From: Thermoplasmata archaeon
GTDB taxonomy: Archaea > Thermoplasmatota > Thermoplasmata > Lutacidiplasmatales > UBA184
Assembly: GCA_035656275.1 (NCBI GenBank)
Contig: DASRSW010000062.1
Location: 986 to 64,985, forward strand
Reading direction: 5' to 3'
Length of the DNA: 64,000 nucleotides
Shown: one piece after another, positions 29,778 through 38,671 of the stretch
Layout of the letters: the number at the start of each line of letters is the position of its first letter
How positions within the stretch are numbered: the first letter of the stretch is position 1
Position numbers and translations under genes: made by a program
The notes under the pieces: generated by a model
Seen by the model: only the letters and a program-made list of their open reading frames with translations
The model's database searches: none
What the model was told of the DNA's origin: nothing

Positions 29778-30194
29778 ATGGACCCCGAACTGACTCTCGC
29801 ACTCGCTTTGCGCATCCCCGCTGCGATACTCTTTGGAGGCGCGATACTGATGCTCGCCCTGGCTTGGAAACGAAGCTCGCTCCAGGCTGCGCTGGCGGCC
29901 GCAGTGCTAGATCAGAGGCGAAGGGGTTCGACGGTCGCGGCGCTGCTCGTCTTGTTCGCGTTCGTCGGCATCGCAGTGGGCCTCTCGGCGTTCCAGGATC
30001 TGACCGCCGTCCCCTTCGACCTTTCTCAGGTCGTGGGCGGGGTGTTGCTTCTCTCAGCTTCACTTGCCACCTTCACGCTGACCTGGGTGGGCTTCACGAT
30101 GCTGCCGACGCCCGCGGAGGCAAAGATAGTCTTGGACTCCCCGGAGCCCTACTTGGCGTCCGTAGGGGTCCTCGACCGGAAGTTCGACCGGTAG
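29778..30194 (+). CDS. Small membrane protein (about 4 TM)
   Basis: Hydrophobic helices. TATA box upstream. The overlapping 233-aa R-rich ORF was rejected. Confidence 0.5.
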   Translation: MDPELTLALALRIPAAILFGGAILMLALAWKRSSLQAALAAAVLDQRRRGSTVAALLVLFAFVGIAVGLSAFQDLTAVPFDLSQVVGGVLLLSASLATFTLTWVGFTMLPTPAEAKIVLDSPEPYLASVGVLDRKFDR

Positions 30195-30318
30195 CCCTGA
30201 AGATTCGATTCTTGGTTCGATGGGCGCAGCGGTTCCCTTTCGGGGCATTGCACCTAGAAGGGTTCGATTTGCCATTCGGCCGCCATATCCTTAGGACTAT
30301 CGAACCTCCTTCTCCTCC

Positions 30319-31350
30319 CTACGTGACGGAATACTGCCGCCGCCAGTCACATTCCGCCGCTTGACACGACCCGGCGTTTCGGACCCAAGTCCTGGGTTTC
30401 AACCCGGCGTATCGGGCACGGGTCAGTTCTCCGCGGGGCGTCCAGTCATCGTCAAGGGGGTTCCGGCGCCGGTGGCGAGGTCCTCGCCCCGGGGGGAGTG
30501 GGTCCCAGCGGTCCGGGGGAGACTTGATCCCGCCAATCGCGGGAGAGTCGGTCGAAGGTGGGTCGCCCGGCCTCGGGTAGAGGTCTGGAACGTACTTGAA
30601 TCCAAACCCGATATCGACGCCCGCTTCTGCCGGCGCCCGTCTACCGATTGCGTTGGCGAGGTCGACAAGGGCGTTGACCTTCTTCGCGAATGCGTCCCAC
30701 TCATCGGCAAGGTAGTTCGGCAGGAGACCGATACCCGCACTCCGCCTGGCGTTCACGAAGTTCTGCGCACTGAGGGGTGAACGAGAGAAGTCGACCCCGA
30801 AGAGCCGGGCGGTGTAGAAGAACTCGTACGTGTCGAAATAGGCAGCCTCCCGGATGCGCCAGTCAAGGAGTCCCTTGAGCTGCGTCGCATAGGCGGCGCC
30901 GTTCGACCACGCCGTCAATTGAGCATGCGCCCGGGTTCCGGAGTCGCGCTGGGGCTGATTCCGTGGTGAGCCGCTCCTTTGACTTTCTTGGAGCCAGCTC
31001 TGCATGAGGCGATTGCCGACGGAGAGGAACTCCCGACCGGACCTGAACAGTCTTTCGTACTCGTTGAAGGCAGACGCAAGTTCGTCAACGAGGGCGCGAT
31101 GCCTTCGAATGTGCCGGCGGATGACCCACTCGCCGTACCACTCGAACGATCGCTGCCAGAAGCCGAGGTAAACGAACGACACGAACGCAAAGAGAACCAC
31201 AACGAGGCCCAGTGCCCAAAGCCGTTCGCCCGCTGCAGGGGCTATTACACCGATCTGGAGTGCGGCCGCGAGAACGACGGCGGTGAGGATGATGAGAAAC
31301 GCTTCCCGGTGGGCAAGTGGCCGGGCGTCGGTATCGGTAGTGGCGGCCAT
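30319..31350 (-). CDS. Hypothetical membrane protein (2 N-terminal TM plus a soluble domain)
   Basis: ORF. The N-terminus is hydrophobic and the C-terminal tail is possibly read-through. Confidence 0.45.
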   Translation of the reverse strand: MAATTDTDARPLAHREAFLIILTAVVLAAALQIGVIAPAAGERLWALGLVVVLFAFVSFVYLGFWQRSFEWYGEWVIRRHIRRHRALVDELASAFNEYERLFRSGREFLSVGNRLMQSWLQESQRSGSPRNQPQRDSGTRAHAQLTAWSNGAAYATQLKGLLDWRIREAAYFDTYEFFYTARLFGVDFSRSPLSAQNFVNARRSAGIGLLPNYLADEWDAFAKKVNALVDLANAIGRRAPAEAGVDIGFGFKYVPDLYPRPGDPPSTDSPAIGGIKSPPDRWDPLPPGRGPRHRRRNPLDDDWTPRGELTRARYAGLKPRTWVRNAGSCQAAECDWRRQYSVT

Positions 31351-31486
31351 TCCGGAACCTCCGTAGACGCTGAGAGTTAGCGGGTGAGATAAGCCCCCGG
31401 CGGTCCCGATGTCCCGCCCGAACCGGTCTCCCCGGTGGTTGCCCTCGGCGGTAGGTTCATAACCGGGCTATCGTCTCAACTCCGCC

Positions 31487-32254
31487 GTGAGCCTCGCCTA
31501 CGATGTCCTCGACCGGTATCTCTACAAGGAGGACGTTCAGCAGCTCGCCCGCGATCGAGGACTTCCAACTAATCGTCCGAAGGATGAGCTGATTGCCACA
31601 CTCCTCGGGTCGGGGCGATTCGTCCCGGCAGAGGCACTCCGGTACCTGAACAAACGGGAACTTCGCCAGATCTGCCGTGAGTACCTCTTACCAGACGAAG
31701 GAGGCCGCGAAGTCCTCTTCCGGAGAGTACTGGCCGCGATCTTCGCCGGAGAGAGAACGGACCTAGCCGAGGAGGTGCCCGACGTAGACGATGAAGATAG
31801 CGATGAAGAAGAGACCGAACCGGGGAATGCAAACATGGGAGAGGAGGAGAATCACCGCGACAAAGGCGGACCTGGACCCCCGAAACGGCGTACGTCTCTC
31901 AGGTGGCCGGCTAGTGAGGCCCCGGTGCCACGGGGTGAGAATCTTGAACCAGGCGCGGCTCTCGGGTTCATACGGATGCCCCCCGCCCCCTGGCCCACCT
32001 CTAATCCCTCGGCCTCGTACGCTCTGGCACAAGACGTGTCTCGAGAACATCCGGATTCCACCGGGCCGTGGGCGGTCGCGTCGATTGTCGCAGGAGCAAT
32101 CGTGGCAGCCGGGTTCTATCTCCTCATTCCGGCACTTGGCCTCGGGGAGGGCCTTGCGGCCGCTATCACTCTGGCGATAGTCGTCGCGGCGGCTTTGATG
32201 CTAACCCGACAGCGGTGGGTTCCGTGGCTCGCGGGACTTGGTCAATCCTCGTAG
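31487..32254 (+). CDS. Hypothetical protein: N-terminal SAP-like helix-extended region, acidic linker, C-terminal TM anchor
   Basis: VQQLARDRGLPTNRPKDELIATLL resembles a SAP motif. DDEDSDEEETE acidic tract. C-terminal hydrophobic helices. Confidence 0.5.
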   Translation: MSLAYDVLDRYLYKEDVQQLARDRGLPTNRPKDELIATLLGSGRFVPAEALRYLNKRELRQICREYLLPDEGGREVLFRRVLAAIFAGERTDLAEEVPDVDDEDSDEEETEPGNANMGEEENHRDKGGPGPPKRRTSLRWPASEAPVPRGENLEPGAALGFIRMPPAPWPTSNPSASYALAQDVSREHPDSTGPWAVASIVAGAIVAAGFYLLIPALGLGEGLAAAITLAIVVAAALMLTRQRWVPWLAGLGQSS

Positions 32255-32390
32255 GATGGAACGACTCATAGACCGCCGTAGTCGAACGCGCCCTACTCCC
32301 CCTAGCGTCAGCAGAGTTCATCCCACCTTTAAGCCGGACCGATGGAAGTGTACCGAATCCTGCTGGATGGTGACCAGCAAGACGACCTAG

Positions 32391-33836
32391 CTAACGTCGC
32401 GAGACTAGGCCAATCACGCGCTGCTGAAAGGCCGGGTCCCGAACTTCTGAGAGCTTGGCTGACGAGTACGCTCTCAGCGCTTTCTGGAACACTGCGTTCG
32501 TCGTCCTGCCTTCAAGAGACTTAGCCAAAGTCATGAAGCGGGAGGCTCGTGTGCTATCTCCTATTGCCTGCCGAATGTGGTCCTCTCTTGGGGACTGTAT
32601 GAACTCGACGATCTCTTCGTCCTGGAAGACGCTAATGAGAGTGTCGTAGATTGGCTTTGCGATGAAGGACACCCCGAACCTGTTTCCAAGTCTGCAGATT
32701 ACGAGGGTTTGTACGTAATCCTCGACTACGTCTGGAGGGATTGCCCCGCTCTTCGGAACGAGTCGTAACAGTTCTCTGGCGTGCGGCTCTTCATTGAAGA
32801 AGTTGTCCCACGCGAAATGTGCGCTGCGCAACTCCTGTATGCAGCTCGCCATCTCAACTGCTAGTTGACCCGTCGGAAGGTACCCGAGTCCGTCGATTCG
32901 GGACAGAAACCTGCGTGCGAGGGCGGCGCGGTCCGTTTCGCCGTTTGCAGCAAGAGTGCCGTACTTGATTCCGATCCCGTGCCGCGCGGACTCGCCGCAG
33001 CGACCCCAAATCGACTGGGCAATGAAATCTACGTTGGTTCGAACTCGTTCGTCAAGGTCCTTATCCACGTACATTCCGAAGACCGCCTGAACCAAGGAGT
33101 GAGCAAAGTCGTCGGGGAGTCCCTTGATGCTGGCCTGTATGGGCTTTGCCTCCCTCTCGGTTAGGGTCGTGGTCCGGAGACTTGTCAGAAGTCGTTTCAG
33201 CTCGACCAATGGACCTTCGGATGGGGCAGCCTGGACATTCCTCAGACAGGTTTCCAACCACGAGACCAAGCTGATGCCCGTAATCTCATTCAAGTTCGGG
33301 TGCGCTGCGCTGGCAAAGTTCCTCATGTCGCGTATGAAGTCCAGTTGCCGATACGCGATGTCGGAGAGAAGGCCAATTTCCTTGCAGCCCCGAATAAGGT
33401 CCCAGTCGCGCAAATTGGCCAGGTCCTCCACTGCTTTGAATTTCAGTCGCTCTGCGGCGTTCGTCACAGTCGCATCGAAGAAGTAAGTCAGATCGAACAG
33501 TACCACTCTGTCACGAAGAGTTACGACCGTCGCATCCCAGAGGTAGTTCAGTGCGGCGTCGAACAACCCTACCGCACACGCGGCAGTGAACTTCGAGATG
33601 TAGAACGCCTCAGAACGCTGTTCCGACTTTAGTACCGAGACGGTCTCCGGTAGTAGAGAAAATACCTTTCGTCTCTCCGGGAGCGGGGCGAGAATGTCTC
33701 TTGTCGGCAGATCAAGCGCCTTTAGGTAGGATGTGAGATCTGAATCGAGCGAGGCAATCTGAGACTCGACGGGTTCGCTAACAACGAGTGCCTTTGAACC
33801 GGACTTACTCTTGGCCGCTTCTGCCATTTGCGCCAA
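32391..33836 (-). CDS. Hypothetical protein (481 aa) containing an R-N-x6-H-P motif (FIRDMRNFASAAHPN)
   Basis: Long ORF in the lower-GC island. The HEPN-like motif is suggestive only. Confidence 0.6.
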   Translation of the reverse strand: MAQMAEAAKSKSGSKALVVSEPVESQIASLDSDLTSYLKALDLPTRDILAPLPERRKVFSLLPETVSVLKSEQRSEAFYISKFTAACAVGLFDAALNYLWDATVVTLRDRVVLFDLTYFFDATVTNAAERLKFKAVEDLANLRDWDLIRGCKEIGLLSDIAYRQLDFIRDMRNFASAAHPNLNEITGISLVSWLETCLRNVQAAPSEGPLVELKRLLTSLRTTTLTEREAKPIQASIKGLPDDFAHSLVQAVFGMYVDKDLDERVRTNVDFIAQSIWGRCGESARHGIGIKYGTLAANGETDRAALARRFLSRIDGLGYLPTGQLAVEMASCIQELRSAHFAWDNFFNEEPHARELLRLVPKSGAIPPDVVEDYVQTLVICRLGNRFGVSFIAKPIYDTLISVFQDEEIVEFIQSPREDHIRQAIGDSTRASRFMTLAKSLEGRTTNAVFQKALRAYSSAKLSEVRDPAFQQRVIGLVSRR

Positions 33837-34983
33837 TCATGTAGCAGGAGTATGATTGCCTTTCGCAGCCGACCTCGATCGCAAATCTCGGCCACCAGAT
33901 CCTGGGCGGGTCGCCCTCGGTCAATCTCGATTTACACCAAATAGTCGGCCGCCGAAAGGCCCGTCGGAATCCACTGCGTACGTGTACCGGAAGATAGCGC
34001 ATCTAGTCCTTGAGGTCGTGTGCCCAGCTGCATTTAGAGTCGGATTCAGTTTCCTTCCAACATCCGGCTGAGAGACCAATCCATTCCCTCGGCCGGCCCC
34101 ACTCCCTCTCGAACGCCCGAATCTCGAATGGAAAATGTCTTCATCGCTTGCCCATTACCGCGTCGGAATCCATTCAGGAAGCGAAGCCGACGTGGGAGTC
34201 GTTTAGGGGTCGGAGAATCATCCCCGTTCTTGGTGAAATCCACGAGCACATGGTCCGCGCTCGCGTTGAAGCGCGTAGGAACACCGCAGCCTTCGCCGAG
34301 GCGCTTCCGGTGCTAGCAGCGTTTCTGCTCGAAACCGCGCCACCAGAGGTCGTATCGACGTGCCGAGACGAGCCCACCTGTTTCCCGCTCGGTCTTCCCC
34401 TCAATGCCGCCCACTACTAGAGCGAGGGAGGGTTGCCACTCACCAACTACTTTGGAGCGAACGGCGAGCTTCCCCCAGAGGCCGCGCGAGAGGACTACTA
34501 TCTCAGCAGTCGGAGCTTCGCGAGCCGAGTAACCATGGGTATGGTTGATCGGGGTGCGACGATGTTCGCATGCCTCTCAAAGGCGATGCACGGTCGCAGT
34601 GGAGGCCGTCTCCAGCTCTGGACTCCCGATACCGAACGGACGACAGTGTTACTTGCTCGATAGACTTCGACGAGCCGGATTGGACTCCCAGATCTTCGCT
34701 CGAGAGCCAGGTTTGGGAGCGGAAAGCTCGATCCCCCTTCGGGGCATTCCGAGTCTCGATGCAGCTCTCATCGATTCTGATCGAACCCTCCTCGGAGTAG
34801 AAGCCATTAGAGATTCTCTCCTTGGACGTTCACATTGGCCAGTGGAGTCGCGGCTGCAAGACAGCTGTGAACCGTTAGGCTAAGATTTGATTCTCGTTGC
34901 CGTGCGTCTGTTAGAGGCTAAGGCGTCACACAGTAGCTAGGACCAAGTTCTTTTACCCTGATGAACTCGGAGGCATCAGGGGA

Positions 34984-36123
34984 ATGTTGCGTCAGGGAAA
35001 GAAGGACCTCAAGAAGCTCCTAAGTCGATTTAGTCGCACTGCCCTGGTCGAGATTCTGGATCACCTCGGAATCGACGCCAAGGCACCCACGCGCGCTGCG
35101 ATACTCGACTCTCTAGTCCGAAAACAGTCGGAGACGGCGCTAAGAATTGTAAGAACATACCAGCGTCTCACTGGCGTTTCGTTGAACCTTGCGGTCGACC
35201 AGCTCTACCTACACGACCCCTCGCTTGGCCCGGTCGTCCGAGACTCGAAGAACAAGCCGGACCTCGTCCGGAGGCTCTTTCTTTCGGACAGGACGGAGGC
35301 TCTCGAGTCCATCGCCTCATTCGTTAAGTTCGCTAGGAAGAAGAACGTCTCGCCGCTCACTTTCGAAGGCAACGCAGTCCGTGAGCTCGACCAAAAAGGA
35401 GTTGAGAGGTTGATCCAACGAGCGATAGATCGAATCAACCCTGGTAGACCCCGCCCAATCCTTCTTGACCGTGTGGAAGTCGCAGCGGAGGTCGGTAGGG
35501 TCAAGGTGGCGCTTTGGCGAGAAGGAGGGAAGAGGCACGTTCGGCAGCACCCCGCACGCGTTGGACGTGGGGCAGCCGTGGAGCATGACGACTACCCGCT
35601 TCGACCCCACGTGATTGAGGTTAGCCTCAAGGAAGGAAGGATTCGCACGACGTTCCGAAGTACCGACCGTGACGGAGAGGGTGTGCTGCGGGCGGTGACA
35701 GAGTCATTCATAACGTACTCTGCACCCCCGGCACGGTCGCGGTTTCTTTCGAATCCTTTCGATGCGGATGAAGCCGAAGAGCTCAAGCGACGCATCGGAG
35801 CATTGAGAAGGAGTCTACGGGTCGACGATTCCCGAATTGCTCTTCTCGACGCTCTAACCACCGCAAAGAAGAATCTGATCGCATTCAACAGCCTCCAGAC
35901 TGAAGGTAATCTGAAGAAACTCGAGGTCCGAGCCGACGATGCCGACAAAGCGCTCAGGGCTCTCGGGGCCAGGGTCGATCTTCTCCAAACGGCCAAAAGC
36001 CACGACTACGAATTGCGATTCGATGATGGGCGCACGATCCGAGTCTCACCTTGGAGGGTCGGTTTGACCGGAATCTTCACACCCGCCGAAAGGGAATCGG
36101 TCGAGCTTATCTTTTCAGAATGA
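34984..36123 (+). CDS. Hypothetical protein (379 aa), first gene of a two-gene operon
   Basis: Its stop overlaps the start of the next gene (ATGA). Confidence 0.6.
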   Translation: MLRQGKKDLKKLLSRFSRTALVEILDHLGIDAKAPTRAAILDSLVRKQSETALRIVRTYQRLTGVSLNLAVDQLYLHDPSLGPVVRDSKNKPDLVRRLFLSDRTEALESIASFVKFARKKNVSPLTFEGNAVRELDQKGVERLIQRAIDRINPGRPRPILLDRVEVAAEVGRVKVALWREGGKRHVRQHPARVGRGAAVEHDDYPLRPHVIEVSLKEGRIRTTFRSTDRDGEGVLRAVTESFITYSAPPARSRFLSNPFDADEAEELKRRIGALRRSLRVDDSRIALLDALTTAKKNLIAFNSLQTEGNLKKLEVRADDADKALRALGARVDLLQTAKSHDYELRFDDGRTIRVSPWRVGLTGIFTPAERESVELIFSE

Positions 36124-37571
36124 GCCTTGCCAACCTCGCCCAGACCCTCGATTTGGTCCTCTCCCTTCCCAAGGGCCAAACCATTCCCGGTAGAAGCCCC
36201 CTTGCAAGGCGAACGGAGACGAAAGCCGCAGTAGCGGCCCAGGTTCTGTCTCGGACCTCACAGAGGGTCTACTGCGCCGAACACGAAACCGACTGCGAAG
36301 TCGAGCGACGGGGGGGTGCTCTGGTCGCATATCATGCGGAGGGCGGCGTTCACCAGTTCGAGGTGACTGAGGAGGACACGTTCCACTACGTCGTATCGTT
36401 CCCAGAAACGGTTCGCTTCACTTCTAAACGCCTGTTTGGGGATAGTGCAACCGTTTCAGAAGTGTCTGAAAATCATGACATGGCGTCCGCGCTTGTCGAA
36501 GTCGGAAGGGAACGCATTCGGCTCATACTCGTGCCGAAGGCATCACGGGGTACGGAGGGGGCGATCTACAGCAGGCTGGCGGAAATGACGGGCACTCGCG
36601 CCGCCGGGATCATCGCGTTTGACCTCGACATCGACAAGTGCTCGGGCCCCGTGCACCTCCTGAGCAAGGGCTACGCAGGGATTTGCCTGACTTCATTCTT
36701 CGAGGAAGCCGGCTATGCCTCGTCGTTTAGCCGAGAGTGTCTTCAACGCGCAGGCATTGAGCGCGTAAGTCTGGATCTCTTTGGCTCTGCTCACGCGAGC
36801 ATCGGTTACGATATCGAGCCGGCCGTGTGCTCCGACACCAGCCGCTTTGTAGGTAGCCTTCTGGAGAGTTGTAGGGCTCATGAGTGGAAGGCCTATGAGA
36901 GGCTCTGTAGATTCGCACTCTCTCGATTGTATGCATCGCCGCTCGAAGGATTCGGAGCCGAGGACTCCGGAAGGCTCCCCGACTCAGTAGCCATCTTACC
37001 CGACAACAATGGGCGCCCGGACCGGTTCGTCATCATCGATTCGAAGTCGCTACTCTCGGCCAGACGCGAACGGTTTCGCTTTGAAAGGACCGACCCGGCC
37101 AAATATCTCAGCTACGTTCAGAATGCAGATGCGCTTTCAAATAGAATAGATTTGCATCGGGTTACCCTTCTTTTCGTAGCCCCCGAGTACTCTCCGGAGA
37201 ATTGTGAGGCGTTTGTATCGGACTTCAGAACGGAGCGGGAGAAGGCCCGATTGCAACTCCCCACGGACGTCGTTTTCCTTACCCACACTGCACTTGCTGT
37301 ACTCTATCTGACCTTTGCCAGCCCAACTCACTCTGTGGTCCTCAAGAGCAAGGACCCTCATGGAGAATTCGAGAGACTAATGATATCACCGCGGGAACTT
37401 CAGATCAAGCATCTGGTTGATGGCGGCGCACCATGCCCTAGATTTCAAGGCGAGGGCTATGTTATTCTGCACCCGGATGACATTGGACCCATCTTCAATC
37501 ACATTCTCCAGAACCCTGACTACTTCGCGGCTCACTATGAGACTTACAGAAGACTTTCAAAGCAACTCTAG
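36120..37571 (+). CDS. Hypothetical protein (about 484 aa) with a PD-(D/E)xK-like motif (GRPDRFVIIDSK)
   Basis: Start moved to the ATG overlapping the upstream stop. P-D ... I-I-D-S-K fits the restriction-endonuclease-like core. Confidence 0.6.
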   Translation: MSLANLAQTLDLVLSLPKGQTIPGRSPLARRTETKAAVAAQVLSRTSQRVYCAEHETDCEVERRGGALVAYHAEGGVHQFEVTEEDTFHYVVSFPETVRFTSKRLFGDSATVSEVSENHDMASALVEVGRERIRLILVPKASRGTEGAIYSRLAEMTGTRAAGIIAFDLDIDKCSGPVHLLSKGYAGICLTSFFEEAGYASSFSRECLQRAGIERVSLDLFGSAHASIGYDIEPAVCSDTSRFVGSLLESCRAHEWKAYERLCRFALSRLYASPLEGFGAEDSGRLPDSVAILPDNNGRPDRFVIIDSKSLLSARRERFRFERTDPAKYLSYVQNADALSNRIDLHRVTLLFVAPEYSPENCEAFVSDFRTEREKARLQLPTDVVFLTHTALAVLYLTFASPTHSVVLKSKDPHGEFERLMISPRELQIKHLVDGGAPCPRFQGEGYVILHPDDIGPIFNHILQNPDYFAAHYETYRRLSKQL

Positions 37572-37700
37572 GGGGCTCCTATCCTCGCAGGCGCCTTCGT
37601 TGCGGAACTTGTGTTCAACGCCGGCACACTGGCCATATAAGTGTAAGGTGGTGAAGGGGCGACTTCAGCGGGTGTAGCTCTCCGCAGTGGTCATATCTTG

Positions 37701-37728
37701 CGCAGGGATTCGAACCCTGATTCGACTC
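37701..37728 (-). other. tRNA 3'-end-like remnant (CAGGG-TTCGAAT-CCCTG with a partially duplicated GTCGAATC just upstream)
   Basis: Perfect 5-bp T-stem in minus sense. No 5' acceptor partner. Confidence 0.4.
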
Positions 37729-37880
37729 CAAGTGAGCCTGCTCATTCGTGCCGCTGTATCACGGCAGACTGCGGGCCCAGCTATTTCGAGAACACGGTGG
37801 GGCGTGAACTCTGCCGGAATGCCTACCTGACTCGCCCGTGGTCGGCGAGCCGCCATCCCGCCGGTGGCACGGCTGTTGGT

Positions 37881-38546
37881 TCAGAGGAAACCACCAATAA
37901 GAGTTGCCACTTTCGCGACTAGAGCGAGGCAGCCCCCGACCGCAGATGAAGCCTTCACCGCTTCCCACGCAACCTTCACGATGCCCCTCGTTGGTTCAGG
38001 CTTGGCTAGCTGCGATTGAATCGTTTCGATGTCTGCGACAGCTGCCATCTTGTCAAGTTCTGGTGCATTTGACGCCGTGACCGCGTTGCGCAACTCGGCC
38101 AACGCTTGTCCCAGGTCGGCAAACTTGGAATTGACCTGATTACCGTCACCAACCGTTATCACGTTCTGTCCTGTCGCTTCTATTCTTATGCCGTGAAACT
38201 TGGCGGGCGTGAATTCGCCAGGACCTTCAATCTTGTCGATTCCAGCAGCCGTGATCTTGTAGAAACTTGTAGTTGAGGGGATAAGGGTTCCACCGGGCGC
38301 TGGGAATGACTTCTCTATCTTGTCCTCTTCCACCCATCCTTGACTGATAAGGTAGGTAAGGTTGCTCTGAACCTCCTGCTGAGTAAGATTGTTAGATGCC
38401 TTCAATTCACTCTTAACATCGCTGATCCTGACTGCCGATCCCCTCTTCCCCCGAGCGCTAGTCGCGTACTTGTTGCGTTCGTAGAAGTACTGAAGCATGA
38501 GGCGACGAATCTCGTTATTCGTTGGAGGAACACGGACGGTCTTCAT
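37881..38546 (-). CDS. Hypothetical protein (221 aa). Noticeably lower GC. Divergent from the kinase-AdSS gene.
   Basis: ORF. K/N/S-rich composition unlike the rest of the replicon. Confidence 0.55.
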   Translation of the reverse strand: MKTVRVPPTNNEIRRLMLQYFYERNKYATSARGKRGSAVRISDVKSELKASNNLTQQEVQSNLTYLISQGWVEEDKIEKSFPAPGGTLIPSTTSFYKITAAGIDKIEGPGEFTPAKFHGIRIEATGQNVITVGDGNQVNSKFADLGQALAELRNAVTASNAPELDKMAAVADIETIQSQLAKPEPTRGIVKVAWEAVKASSAVGGCLALVAKVATLIGGFL

Positions 38547-38671
38547 TGCAATCGAAACACGGTCCTAATCGGAGCTACGATTGTGGCGATCAGTTCCTTC
38601 GACTGGCCCTGTCGGTACTTCATCATTGCGGTTAGCCAGCGACTTTCCGCCATCCCTGGCGTACTTGAAAT

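Noticed and set aside
28356-30364. ORFs 28356-28871 (minus) and 29663-30364 (plus)
   Set aside because: The first is antisense to the serine recombinase. The second is an R-rich frame overlapping a plausible TATA-preceded membrane-protein gene.
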